Shown piece by piece: positions 1 to 12,741 of a stretch of 64,000 nt of DNA. The translations under genes and the position numbers were made by a program. The notes below the pieces were generated by a model. The model was given only the letters and a program-made list of their open reading frames with translations. It was not told where the DNA came from and did not search any database. Numbering within the stretch: the first letter of the stretch is position 1; every line of letters starts with the position of its first letter. Source of the stretch: Protoeuglena noctilucae (Eukaryota); contig OY253679.1 of NCBI GenBank assembly GCA_958009085.1, positions 682,001 through 746,000 of the forward strand. Reading direction: 5' to 3'.

Positions 1-40
1 TGCGGAACCCTCGGGCATCCGCGCGCCTGCGCACGCACCT

Positions 41-498
41 CCGCAGCGAAGGACGCTAGTTCCTCTTGCAGCGCTCGTTGCTGCGCCTCCGCCGCGGCGC
101 GTGCCTCGGGGGTGGAGTCGTGAAGGCCCTGCACGAAAGGGTACCGGGACGCTCGCTTGCGGCCGCAAGTCCGAGAAAGGTCGCATGCACGGACTCTTCG
201 ACAACACGAAGGATGCCGGGGCATCGTCAAGGCGACGCAGAGGCCGCCCTCGGCCCCGCGGAGGGCGTGCACGCACCAGCTGCCTGAGCCTGCCCAGCGC
301 GGCGTTGGCCGTCGGCTCGAAGCCCTCCCTGAGCATGTAATCATAGAACTTTTTCAGTTTCCCGACGTCCGTCCATCGGTTAATGTCGTCAAGACTGCGG
401 GCGGGCGTCGGAGGGTGTCGGTGGGCTTGCGCTAAACTCGCCCACGCGCGCGCCGCGTCCCGAGACAGGCCCCGCCAATCTCCCCGCGTCCGATTCAT
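41..498 (-). CDS. 5' part of a spliced gene of unknown function running off the left edge
   Basis: Exon ...LDDINRWTDVGKLKKFYDYMLREGFEPTANAALGRLRQL|GTGCGT joins in phase 0 to CAG|GLHDSTPEARAAAEAQQRALQEELASFAAE|GTGCGT. Start codon uncertain. Confidence 0.45.
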
Positions 499-929
499 GG
501 CGAAGATAGTGAGAGTGCCGCCGGGACCCCCCGCCCGCGCCTCGGCCGAGGGCATGCTGGGCCTCCAGTCGCTTCCTTTTTTTAGTTCAAGCACGCTGCC
601 CCATGCGACAACCGGGGCGCAGCCCCCTCGAGCACTCACGTGGCGTTGTCGAACTCTTCCCGATCCTCCTTCGACAGGAGGTCCGGGGGCGCGGCCACGT
701 CCATGGCACACGAACCAGCGTCCCAAACCGCCCGCGCGCGGGCGTAGGGCGGCACACGTGGCGCAGCGTGCACGAGTCAAGGCAAGCGTGTGGAAAGTGG
801 GCTTTTTCCAGCGCTTCATCCAGCTTGGTCGCCGAGGGGGCAGCACTTTGCCCTGCTGGCAAACGCGTCGCGAGATAGGCCTTCAATTCGCCGCGGATGC
901 AGGCATGCAGAGGCAACGCGCTTCGGAAA

Positions 930-2005
930 TCACTCGGCAGCCCCCTCCGCGGCCCCCTCCGCGCCCGCCTCCTCGAAGCCCGCGTTGAAGAGGAAGACAT
1001 TGGCCTCTGGCCGCAGCTCCCGCCCCTGAAAGAGGTCGTCGAGGGCGTCCACGCGGTTGTTGGCCACGGACGCGTGCGCCGACACCTCCAGCTCGAACCC
1101 GAAGTCCGTCAGCACCTTGTGCGCGGCCTCCACGCACAGCGGCATCTGCGGACCACGCACGGCGCTGCATGAGCTCTGCGCGCAGGCCCCGCCGCGGCCG
1201 CCGGCGCACCCACGCCCCCCGCTCACCTGCGTGCCGCTGTGCACGAGGGCCACGGGCGCCCCCTGCAACACGGGGAGGCCCTCCGCCGCGGCCCGGTCCG
1301 AGGCCTTGGGGGCGATGACCTGCCAGACGGAGCTGTACCCCGACGTGCCGCCACGGGACAGGTACACCAGCTGGTGCTTGCTGAGGCGCGCCTTGGCCCC
1401 GGTGGACGCGGGCTCCGACACGAGCAGGGGCGCCGCGGAGGCGTCGCCACCCGTGGCGTCCGGGTTGACGCGCACGCGGACCTTCATGCCGTACCGCAGC
1501 TCCGTGCCGGGGAACACGGCGTCGTAGGCGTTGGGCTTGGGCGGCACGTACTGCTCCAGGACAAAGGTCGTGCGTGCCGAGGGGCCGCGGTACGTCTCGG
1601 GCGTTGTCGCCGTCACGAGGCCGCCGTGGGCGTCCGCCTCGTCCAGGTCGACCGCGAGCCTGAGGGCACACCACGGCACGAGGGGTGAAAGGGTGGACGG
1701 CAGTGGGGTGGGCGCAGGCAGCCAGGCGGCAGGCACCTGTTGCCGTTCTGCAACGCGACGATCTCGACCGGCTTGCCGAGCTCCACCGTGCCGTCCGCGC
1801 CGCCCCCGGGGAGCCGCACCCCCGCCCCCAGCGTCTCCAGCTTGCGCGTGAATTTGCTCAGCCGCAGCGTGCCGTTCATCTCCCCCAGCAGGATGCCTTG
1901 CACCAAGTTGTCCTTCTGCTCGTACTCCTCATTCCAGTTGCCGACGAGCGTCTTTCCAAAGTACCGCGTCCCCCCCGCGATCTGCTGCTTGGTGTAGTAC
2001 TGCAT
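930..2005 (-). CDS. CFAP161: Cilia- and flagella-associated protein 161-like (3 exons)
   Basis: Motifs LVGNWNEE, ARTTFVL, LRYG, LSKHQLVYL, WQV...AEGLPV...LVHSGT and TDFGFELEVSAH match CFAP161/C15orf26 as recalled. GT-AG introns 1736-1660 and 1226-1146 join the frames. Confidence 0.85.
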
Positions 2006-2602
2006 CCTCGGGCCCTGCCGGTCGCCCGCGCTGCGGCACCGTCCGCCTGTGGCAGCGCCCTGTAAGCAAGCGGCGAGCGGCGAGGGTGGCGCGGGCAGGG
2101 TGGCTGAGGGCGGGCGCGGGAGGGGCTCGCATGTCAAGAGCGGCGCGGGCCTCGCCCGGAACGCGCAGCTGCCCGGCGCTCGCGCCGCGCTTATCCTGAA
2201 CGCACCTACGACGTGTCAATGGGACGGCGTCCTCGATGTGGAATGGGGTTACCAGGAGACGCCAGGGAGTTACTTCCAAAGGCTGAGGATGACGGTCACC
2301 GCTTCTCCGACGCAGCAACGACTTAGCCACCGCACATGATGCCATGGCCCAGGCGCGTGGGGCTGCGCATCTGCGAAAGCGCCACACATTTCCAGAACAC
2401 GCTGTTCCAGCACCGACGTCTCACTGTTGTGCCTCAAAGGGAACAGGCCCGGGCCTCTACGACTCACTGGAGCGCTCGCTGTCCTGCCAGCGCCATCTCA
2501 GGTTGTCCGGCCCAGAAGGGGCGAGTTTCACAGTGCGCTTGCCTCCCCCGCCAGGCTTTCGCCGTCGCCGGGGCTTGGAAGCTTGAGCGAAGAGACGTCA
2601 CG

Positions 2603-4367
2603 ATGGACGTCAGCTCGGACAGCATCGCGACGTTCGTGTCCGTCACGGGCGCTGACGCGTCCCGGGCCCGCTTCTTCCTCGAAAGCGCGGGGGGGGATCT
2701 CGATGCCGCCATCGCGCATTTCTTCGAGGCGGGCGGCAACGAGGGAACGATGAGTGACGGTGAGGCGGCGGACGCGGCGTAAGAGCCTCGCGGCGCCCCG
2801 CTGCGGCCCCAACGGTTGCCTCGGGCTGTCGCGTCGGGCGCAGCGTTTCCAAGGCCTGCAGCGCACCCCGTTCGATTCTCGGCCCACCGTTGCGGCGCCG
2901 TACACTCATGCACTTGCGGCACGCGTTCGCGCAGATCCCGTCGAGCCACCGCGGCGCGCGGAGGCGCCACCAGAACGGGTCCTGCCTCGGCAGGTCGTGG
3001 AGAACCGCGCCCGGGACGCCCCGCCCGCCAGGTGCGTTTGGCTTGCGACCCGTATCGTGCATGCGCTCCCGCGGTGCTCGGCGCGTGCGACAGGCCCGCG
3101 AAGGAGGATGCGCCACGTCACGCAGGGGGGCTGTGGGTCCCGCCGGGACCGGCCGCGTGGCGGGATTCTCAGATCTCGCGCGCAAGGACGACGGGAAGAG
3201 CAAATTTAACGAGCTCTACACGGGCGGGGCGGGGCAGAGCGGGATCGCGGTGCAGGGGCGCCCGGAAGACGACGACGAGGACGACGAGGACGAGGAGGAG
3301 GCAAGGGCGTTTGGAAGGGCGCTGCGGGGCTGCTGACAGATCCATGTAACGTGTCGTGAGCGTTCCTTTGGGCACCGTGCTCGCAGGACGAGGTGGGCCG
3401 GCTGTTCTCGCGCGTGCAGAGGCATGGGGCGCGGGCGGGGACTTCCGAGGACCTCCAGGGGTGAGGACGTCGCGCGATGTGCCGCTTGCATCGCCTCGGT
3501 ATCGCAGGCAGCGAGCAGGTCCCGTCTGCCCGCGCACCGCAGCGACGGGCGTGCTCCGGTCTTCACGGGCCGTGCGCACACCCTGGCGGGGTCCTCCCGG
3601 GACACCCAGGCTCCCCGGTCGGCGGTTAAGCGGTACGTGGTGGTTTTCTACGCGAACGGCGTCTTCACCGTGGACGACGGGCCCGCGAGGAGCGTGGAGG
3701 ACCCCGCCAACATGGGCTTCATTGTGGCCATCTCGCGGGGCGAGCGGCCCCGGGAGCTCAAGGTGCGGGCCTAACGCCACGGGGGCGCCACGCCGCGCGC
3801 CGTGTCTGAGAGAGGTCCGCGCTGCGAGGGACGGGCATTCGTTCCCGTGGTTGCAGCCCGACCACCCCGACCAAGAGGTCGAGGTCAGCCTGGTGAGGAG
3901 AGCCGAGCCGTACGTGCCTCCGAAGGAGCCCGTGGCGTTCCAGGGGAAGGGGAACAAGCTGGGCGGGGACGCGGAGGCCGCGCCGGTGGCGCAGGAGGCA
4001 GTGCAGGGTGCGCGTTGCCCCGGCTGTGCAGGGGCAGGGCTGTCGGCTGTCGTGTTCAGTGAGCTTGCTCTCAGCAACACTCCCAGCCCGGCCCGCAGGC
4101 ACCCCGGGGGATTGGCCGGGCGCCGACGACAGCAAGCCCAAGACGCGCGTGAACGTGCGCCTGGCGGATGGGAGCCGCCTGGTGGCCGAGTTCAACCTGG
4201 ACCAGACGGTGGCGGACATCCGGCGCTTCGTCGTTGCGGTCCGCCCGCAGCTTGCGGGGACGTCGTACCGCCTGCTGGTGCAGGACGTGCCTCCGCGCGC
4301 GCTTGCGGACGATCGCAAAACGATCGCCGAGGAGAAGCTGGAAAACGCGTGCGTCATGCAGCGCTGA
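2603..4367 (+). CDS. p47/NSFL1C/Shp1-type CDC48 adaptor (UBA-like, SEP, SHP box, UBX; plant PUX3-5-like), multi-exon
   Basis: IATFVSVTGADASRARFFLESAGGDLDAAIAHFF (UBA-like), ELYTGGAGQSGIAVQG, FTGRAHTL, FYANGVFTVDDGP...ISRGERPREL (SEP), FQGKGNKLG (SHP), TRVNVRLADGSRLVAEFN (UBX). Confidence 0.93.
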
Positions 4368-4554
4368 CGCCGCCGGCCCGGTTCTCCCGCCTGTTGAACC
4401 GGGCCAGGGGGCTTGTTGGGGGCCACGAGACCCTACCCGTCGGGTTCTCAGCTGCCAAAAAACAAAGCCTTGGTCTTGAGGGTGCTCTACTCGTTCTGTT
4501 GCTCTGAATCCTCACTGACGAGACCGGAGGCAGTTTGGAGACACCAAAGTCAGG

Positions 4555-7500
4555 ATGGGGCACGACACGGGCGCAGTGGACGTCTCCCAGCTGAAAGTCA
4601 GCCACGGGCTGGACTCAGCGGGTGCGTGCCATGCCCTCCGAATCAAAGCGGGGACTGCTTTGCCCTGCGCGAGGAAGGGCGCCTTGATGTTCCGGGCTGC
4701 GCGGGCCGTCGCGAAAAAAAACACGTGGGGGCGCCGCCCGCGCCCGCGCGCCCGCAATTCGGGCCTCCCACGAGACGTTTCGGCCATGGTTTTCAGCAGT
4801 CCGCGCTGCGGGGCCCCTGCGCCTCGCCTGGCCTGCGGCATTCACGTGGGCCCCCGGGCATTAGCGCCGCCCAGGGCCGCGCACCTGGCCTTGCCCGCCG
4901 CCCGCCCGCCTGGATCTTTATTCAGGACTCTGCGGAGCCCACCGTCGCCCCGCGTCGGCGTTCGCAGAGGCCGCGCGCCGCCTGGAGCAGTATGGGAGGA
5001 ATGAGCTAGAGGAGAAGCACAAGAGCAAGTTCAGGCGAGTCGCGAGGGGTTCTGCGCTGTTAATGCAGCGTCCCTGGATGCACGCGGCGCGCGTGACGTA
5101 ACCCTTGGGCGTGGCCGGGCCGCGGGACGGGCGCGTTGCATTTAGCTACATGCAAGCGCTCGACGCATTTTTTTCTTGCAGGATTTACCTGGAGCAGCTC
5201 TATGGCCCCATGCCCATCATGATTTGGATCGCCGTCGTGATCGAGTTCGGCATCCAGAACTGGGTGGACGCCGCGCTGCTCCTCGCCATCCAGTTCTCCA
5301 ACGCGACGATCGGGTGGCACGAGACGACCAAAGCAGGAGACGCGGGTGCGGCGTCGGCGCCGGACGCGTGTGCTTTGTGCGTCTCAATGGGTCCGCGCGG
5401 CCCCACGGTACCATGGCCCCGCGCCCCTGCCCGCAGTGGCCGCCCTCAAGGCGTCGCTGAAGCCCAAGGCGACGGTGAAGCGCGACGGCCAGTGGCAGAC
5501 GATGGACGCGGCCCTCCTGGTCCCCGGGGACCTGGTGCTGCTGGGCTCGGGCTCCAACGTGCCGGCCGACTGCTTCGTGAACGACGGCCAGATCGGCGTG
5601 GACCAGTCGGCCATCAATGGGGAGTCGCTCCCGGCGACCAAGGTGGCCGGCGGCAAGTGCCTGATGGGCACCACGGTGGTGCGGGGGGAGGTGGAGGCCA
5701 CGGTGGAGTTCACGGGCAAGGACACGGAGTTCGGCAAGACGGCCGCGCTCATCCAGCTGGTCGGCGGCATCGGGCACCTGCAGAAGCTCATCATGACCAT
5801 CATGATCGTGCTGCTGTGCGTGTCGTTCGTGCTGTGCTTCGCGTCGTTCGGCTACCTCATGGGCAAGAAGGTCGACGCCAAGCAGGCCGTCGACTTCACC
5901 GTGATCGTCCTCGTTGCCTCCATCCCCATCGCCATCGAGATCGTCGTCACCACAACCCTGGCCCTCGGCTCCCGCCAGCTCGCCACCCACGGCGCCATCG
6001 TCACGCGGCTGGGCGCCATCGAGGAGATGGCCGGCATGAACATCCTGTGCTCGGACAAGACGGGTGAGGGACCGCACGGCGCGGATCCTGCCTGGGTCGC
6101 TGCGCACCCGCCGGCCCAGCGACCGTGGCGCCTCCCCTCCCGCCCCCAGGCACGCTCACGATGAACAAGATGGAGGTGCAGGAGTACTGCCCCACCTTCA
6201 TGGCCGGCATGGACCGCGACACCGTCATCCTCCTCTCGGCCCTGGCCGCCAAGGTGACCAGTTGGAGAGGCATGGGGCGCCAGGCGGAGGACGGTGTGCC
6301 GCGCGGCCAGAGCAGCAAGGGCGCTCTCTCGACGTGCAAGCCTGCCATCTCAGCTCTGCCCTTCGTAGGCGCTGCTTCATCCCCACTGTAGTGACTCACC
6401 CCAGCGCGCGCCTGCGCTTACCCGACACCCCGCCACCTCCCCGCAGTGGCGCGAGCCCCCCCGTGACGCCCTGGACACCATGGTGCTCGGCATCGCTGAC
6501 CTCAACGCCTGCGACCAGTACAAGCAGACCGACTACCTCCCCTTCGACCCCACCACCAAGCGCACGGAGGCCACCCTCGTCGGCCCCGACGGCCAGGAGT
6601 TCAAGGTGACCAAGGGCGCCCCCCACGTCATCCTCAAGATGGTCCACAACAAGGCGAAGATCGAGAAGGCCTTGGAGGCCATCGTGGAGGACCTGGCGCG
6701 CCGCGGCATCCGCTGCCTGGCCGGTGAGGGGCGGGGCGCCGGGGCGGGCGACGTGGGTGCGGGGCGCGTGGATGTGACGTGGGGTTGACCGGGCACTGCC
6801 TCGCGACCTCGGCCGCAGTGGCACGCACCATCCAGGACGGCTCGTGGGAGATGGCCGGGCTGCTGACGTTCCTCGACCCCCCGCGGCCGGACACCAAGGT
6901 GTGGGGGGCCTGCCAGCCCACGCTGCGCTGTGATATGGCCGTTGCGGCAGACTAAGTGCCACTCCCCGCCCCCTGCACCACCCTGCGCTCTGCACCCTGC
7001 CATGCGCGCCCACGCCCGCCTGCCCCTGTGTCCCTCCAGGAGACGATCACCCGGGCCCTGGAGCTGGGCGTGGACGTGAAGATGATCACGGGCGACCACA
7101 TGCTCATCGCCAAGGAGATGTGCCGCATGCTGGGCATGCGCGACAACGTCGAGGGCCCCCACGACCTCCCCAACATGACGGAGGACAACAAGATCCCCAA
7201 GGACCTGGCCGAGAAGTACGGCAAGAAGATCTACGAGACGGACGGGTTCGCCCAGGTGTTCCCCCAGCACAAGTCCCTCATCGTCGAGACGCTCCGCCAG
7301 TCAGGTGAGCACGTGAGACCACGAAAGGGGACGTCATCCCTCCCGTGGTGGTCTGGACTGGGCGTCGTCTGGTGAGTCGTCGACTGGTTGTCTGGCTGCG
7401 ACGTGCCAGACCCTCAATGCCGCCTTCGCGCTCCCCCCAGGCTTCGCGGTGGGCATGACGGGCGACGGTGTAAACGACGCCCCCGCCCTCAAGTGGGCGG

Positions 7501-9605
7501 ACGTGGGCATTGCCGTGGCCGGCGCCACGGACGCCGCCCGCGCCGCCGCCGACATCGTGCTGACCGAGCCGGGCCTATCGACCATCATCCACGCCATCCT
7601 CATCGCCCGCACCATCTTCGGGCGCATGAAGAGCTTCCTCACGTACCGGTGAGACGCCGGGGGAGGCCCTGCCCCTCACGCAGCCCCTGGGTCGCCGCCG
7701 CTCGCATCACCAGCAACCACCGACCCCAACCCCTCCAACTGCCCCCAGTATCGCCGCCACGTTCCAGCTGCTGCTCTTCTTCGTCATCGCCGTGTTCGCC
7801 TTCGACCCCAAGAAGTACTACACGTGCGCCAAGTTCGGTTACACGGGCGACGCATGCACCCAGCACCTCGACACCATCCCCAACTTCTTCTCCCTCCCCG
7901 TCATCATGATCATGCTCATCACGCTCCTCAACGACGGCACGCTCATCTCCATCGGCTACGACAACGTCATCCCGGCCAAAAGGCCCGAGAAGTGGCACCT
8001 GCGTGCCCTGGTGAGGCCATGGGCGGGCGGTGCAGCAGTGGCGCTGTCGAAAGCACCTTCGGGCCCGCACATGCACACCCGATCGCAACCCCTCCCGATG
8101 CGCCCTCTTCACTTGCCCACCCATGAGCGCGACCTCCCTCTCCTCTCCCAACCCCCCACAGTTCGCCGTCTCCATCACCCTCGCCTTCGTGACCCTCTTC
8201 TCGTCCCTCATCCTCCTCTACCTGGGCCTCGACTCCCCCTCCGAGGGCAGCGTCTTCCGCGCCCTGGGCATCGGCGCCCTCCCCTACGGCAAGGTCACCA
8301 CCATGATGTACCTCAACATCTCCATCTCGGACTTCCTCACCCTCTTCAGCGCACGCACCCACGAGGACTTCTTCTGGACGTCCCGGCCCCACCCGGTCCT
8401 CCTGGGCGGCGGCTGCATCGCCCTCTCCATCTCCACCAGTGAGACGATGGCGTGGGGGCAGCGGCAATGACCTCGTAGCACAAGCTGACACCGCATCCCC
8501 GCCCCGTTTGACCCTGACCCAGCACACCACCCCACCCCCCGCCTGACCCAGCACCCACACCACCCGCACCGCCCCTCCCACCCCTGCAGTCCTGGGCACG
8601 GCGTGGCCCAAGGGCAAGACGGACGGCGTGTACACCGAGGGCCTGGGCCTGGGCGGCCAGCAGCAGCAGCTCTTCGTGGGCGTGTGGCTCTACTGCCTCT
8701 TCTGGTGGGGCGTGCAGGACGTGGCCAAGGTCCTCTGCTACAAGCTCATGCGCAAGTACAACATCTTCAACGTCAACTCCTCCGACGCCATCAACATCCG
8801 CGGGGCCGAAAGCCCGGAGGACAAGAAGCACCCCCTGGCCAGGCAAGCATAAGGGGTCCTGCGGATGGCGTGAAACCATGCCACGGCCACGGCCACGGCA
8901 GGCGTGCCGCCCCGGCTGACCCGGCTGCCGCTGCCTCATCTATCCGCAGGGCGTCGATGGGCTACACCGAGCACAAGCACCTGGAGCGCAAGGCCAACGA
9001 CGCGATGGAGCGGTTCGAGCGCATGTCCAACGCGGCGCCCTCCATCGCCCGCGTGTCCCAGCGCCTCCAGTTCGCCCGCTCCATGATCCACTCGGGCAAG
9101 AGCGGCGCGGGGCCCTCCGACCGCCAGTCCGTGGAGCAGGCGAGCCAGGGCAGGGGGTGGGGCGGGGATGAGGGTATCGGATCGCTCTTGGCAGGAGGGG
9201 CACCCTCACCCGCACTGCCGTCATGCCGCCACGCCACGCCACGCGTGACCGTGTCCCTTGGTTGCTCCCCTGCAGCTGGCCCGCGACGTGCACGCGGCTG
9301 CCCAGGAGGCCGCCGATGCGGAGGACCTGAAGGACGCCAAGAGCCGCGCGGAGGCTCAGGAGATCCTGGCGGGCATGCAGAAGGCCATCGACGCGGCGGA
9401 GGAGGCCAACCGCGCGGCGGAGGTGAGGCGCGGGGTGGGGACGTGGCACGAGTGCAGTAGGTGGCGAAGGCGGTGGGTGGCGGGGCGGTGCGTGTGGCGG
9501 GGGTCGACTGACGGGGCTGCCTGCGCTCTCTGCCCGCAGAAGTACGGTGGTGCCGGGGAGGCGGCTGCCAAGTACAAGGAGTCGAACGGCGATCACAATG
9601 TTTGA
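4555..9605 (+). CDS. PMA: Plasma-membrane H+-ATPase, P-type IIIA (~15 exons)
   Basis: [36 protein letters not shown] phosphorylation motif, [42 protein letters not shown]. Confidence 0.96.
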
Positions 9606-10419
9606 GGAGCATTTGCATGTCTGACAGCGGGTGCCGCCCCGCTGCGGTAGCAATCCAGTGCCATGTGCGAAATTTCCCTTTCATAGCAGCCTTGCCACGG
9701 CGATTGAAGCGATACCGTTGGGCCGGCCGACGCGGCGTCCTGGTGCTGGTGCTTCCCTGGCTCGCGGGGCTTGCTACTCCCTGCTGGAGCCACAGACAAG
9801 CTGCCGAAGTGACCGCCGTTTGTGACACGCAAGGCGGGGTCTTCCCCGCATGCAGGCATCGGTCGCGGGGCTCGGGCCCGGCGCAGCGCACATTTTGCGA
9901 GTGATCAGATGCAAGCCTGAGCCATCGGTCGTGAGCACGCGTGCGGAGTGAGCCGCAACCCAGCTTGGTCACACAGTGCAGTGCAGCTGAGGCCTTCCGG
10001 CGTCCGCACCGCATTGCTCCGGGGCCGAAGGAGCCTGGTGCAGGATGAGTGAGTAAACATCGCAGTTGCTTGGCAGGGCGGGGCCGGCATGGAGGCCTCC
10101 GACGCCGCGCCTGCGCTGGTTGCACGGGGAGTGTCGTGACGGTGCGCGGCGGGCGTGTCCGCAGACGAGGCCGCAATGCCGGGCGTTGCGAAGGCCAAGC
10201 GAGCGTCGAAGACCAAGCGGAGGCGTCCGCGCGTGGGTGAGGCGCTGCAGCGAGGCCAGACGTGACACCTTGGTGTCACTTCAGCAGGGTCACGTCGGCA
10301 ACCCGCGTGGCCCGATCGCGCGCGCAGGGTGGAACGACCTGCCCGGATAGCTGCATCGCGAGATTCTGCGGCTGGTGCCGCTGTGCGACGCCACGGCGGC
10401 GCGTGCGGTGTCGCAGGAG

Positions 10420-11760
10420 ATGCGCGAGGAGGTGGACGAGGTGTGGAGCGAGTGGGGCATCTGTGCCACGGAGGAGGAGGCCGATAGGGAGGGCTTCCTC
10501 GAGTATTTCGTATTTTGTATGGACGACCACGAGCTCAAGTTCGGTCCGTTCTTCGTGGCCACCTTTGGCGGGTCCCACGCGCACCACCTGGCGAGCTTGG
10601 GGCTGTGGTGGCTGGCGGTGCTGGTGACGGAGGAGCCGGATATGAGCTCCATGTCATGGGAGGTGCTTGATGAGAACGAAGTGGACCAATCGCCGCTGAT
10701 GGTAGCGGTGCGGGCGATGCGGCCGGTGGGGCGGGGGGCGAATGGCGAGATGGAGTGGGCGCACGCGCTGGGGGACGAGGAGGTGGCGCGGATGGTGCGG
10801 GCGGCGGTGGGGATGGGGGCGGACGTCAACTGGTGGCTGCAGGGAGCACGGCCGCTGATGACGTACTGTGCAGCGCGGGGCTGCTTGGAGGCGGTCAAGG
10901 CGTGCCTGGCAGCAGGGGCGGAGGTCGATTCGGCATGTGACGACATTGTTTTGGATTGGTGGACGGCGTTGGTGCATGCCGCATTTGAGGGTCACGAGGC
11001 GGTGGTGGAGGCGCTGCTGGAGGCGGGGGCATCGGCCCAGGTCGGGGAAGATGGCTTGGATCAGACACTGGCTACGGTGTGTGACGGTAAACCGACGCCG
11101 AGCATTGTGAGGCGGCTGGTTGAGGCGGGGGCATCCGTGGACGCCCCTGGCGAGTACGAGAGCACGGCGCTCATCTTTGCGGCATACAAAGGGAACGTGC
11201 CCGTCGTGGAGTTGCTGTTGGAGCTGGGGGCCGGGGTGACAGCGGTTAACAGCTTTGGACACACCGCGATGGTTCCACCTGCGACCGGGGATGTGGTACG
11301 GCTGCTGGCGGCGCACGGGTTGAGTGTCCAGGGTGATGGGGTCAGGGACTCCCCGCTCCAGGCAGCCTGCCGTGGCGGCCGCACCGACGCCGCCCGCGCG
11401 TTGGTAGAGCTGGGCGCGGACGTCAGCTACAAGAACAAAGATGGCTGTACTCCGCTGCATAGTGCGGTGCAATTCTTCAAAGAGCAAGAGGCCGTTGAGG
11501 CGACGCGGCTTCTGCTGGCGGCGGGGGCGGACCCGCAGGCTGTGGATGGAGAGGGGCGGACGGCCCTGCACGTGGTCCGGCACGTGCGGTGCGTAGACCT
11601 GCTGGTGGACGCCGGGGCAGACCTGGAGGCCCGGGACAGGCGGGGCCGGACACCGCACCGCGCCGCCATCACCGACTCACCTTGCAGAGTCGAGGTGGCG
11701 GAGCGGCTGGCCGATTGCAGAGTGGAGCAGGCTCTGCGCATGGGTGGGCAGCCGGGTTGA
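10420..11760 (+). CDS. Intronless ankyrin-repeat protein with a family-specific N-terminal domain
   Basis: Repeats such as TALVHAAFEGHEAVVEALLEAGA, TALIFAAYKGNVPVVELLLELGA and GCTPLHSAV. The N-terminus (GSHAHHLASLGLWWLAVLV) recurs at 55980-56040. Confidence 0.88.
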   Translation: MREEVDEVWSEWGICATEEEADREGFLEYFVFCMDDHELKFGPFFVATFGGSHAHHLASLGLWWLAVLVTEEPDMSSMSWEVLDENEVDQSPLMVAVRAMRPVGRGANGEMEWAHALGDEEVARMVRAAVGMGADVNWWLQGARPLMTYCAARGCLEAVKACLAAGAEVDSACDDIVLDWWTALVHAAFEGHEAVVEALLEAGASAQVGEDGLDQTLATVCDGKPTPSIVRRLVEAGASVDAPGEYESTALIFAAYKGNVPVVELLLELGAGVTAVNSFGHTAMVPPATGDVVRLLAAHGLSVQGDGVRDSPLQAACRGGRTDAARALVELGADVSYKNKDGCTPLHSAVQFFKEQEAVEATRLLLAAGADPQAVDGEGRTALHVVRHVRCVDLLVDAGADLEARDRRGRTPHRAAITDSPCRVEVAERLADCRVEQALRMGGQPG

Positions 11761-12423
11761 CCGCGCATGCCGGGTGAAGGCGCCGGGCAGAGGACGTCGC
11801 AGAGTTGAGGCATGAGTGCTCGCAAGCGTTGGTCTGACGGCGGCTCACCGCGTCGCTGCGCGCAGGCGGCCAAGGGACCGACGCTGGCGCAGTGTGTGCG
11901 GCAAGGGGTGACAGGCGTAGTGCCCCAGGGAGGCTGGCACGGGTGCGGGTGCGGGTGCAGGGCTGCAAGCCGCTGCAGGGCCCCTCCATGTGCTGCTGCG
12001 ACCAGCGAGAGGAAGTCGGAACCGAGCTCACGGGCGGTGAGAGCAGTACAAATGAGAGCCATTTTGTTGACGCGGGACTGCCCGAACGCGCCGATATGAC
12101 GGTGTGATGACAGCCGATTTGAGGAAATATTTGCAAAAGCTGTCCGCGAGAATGTCCTGGAGCCTGAGCTTAGCGGTATTCGGGAGAGTGAGGCACACAC
12201 AGTTTCACGGAGGTTGTTAGGGACCCCTCCTCACGCGCAGACGCCCTCCGCTCCCCTGGCTGAGCTGTTCATGAACGACGGGCATCAGGGACAGCTCCGT
12301 GCGTTCTTCGCCAAGAAGCGTAAGCAGTCCCTGCGCCAGACGCTGGTGGACCATGCACGCGATGACGGAGTAAGCCAGCGTCTGCGTAAGGTCGCTCGAA
12401 CGACGGACGTGGTCTTTCTCTGC

Positions 12424-12741
12424 CTCGCTCCATGTCCAGCCGGGGATCGCCTCCAGCCGTGTTTTCTGGGCGTCGACCAAGCTGTCCTCCACTCTGCGCT
12501 TCTTCGAGACCCAATCCCCAACGCCGCGTCCTTCCATCTTGGCCCTTGCAACGGGCATCTTCCGTCGTGTGCCGCCTGGAACTCCAGGCAGCACACGAAG
12601 GAAAGATGCCCGGGGCAGGGGCGAAGATGAACGGACGCGGCGTTGGGGCATGGGTGCGGAGATGCGAGCAGCCGGGACAGCCGGGCGGCCTCGATGAGGA
12701 GAGCGAAGCTGGAGGCGATCCCCGGGTGGACATGGCGCGAG
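12424..12741. repeat. Fold-back inverted repeat of helicase-associated (HA, PF03457-like) domain fragments; pseudogenic
   Basis: 12424-12457 is the reverse complement of 12708-12741; apex CCTGGA-AC-TCCAGG at ~12581. Both arms read outward as ...GRGVG(D/A)WV...LEAIPGWTW. Confidence 0.85.
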
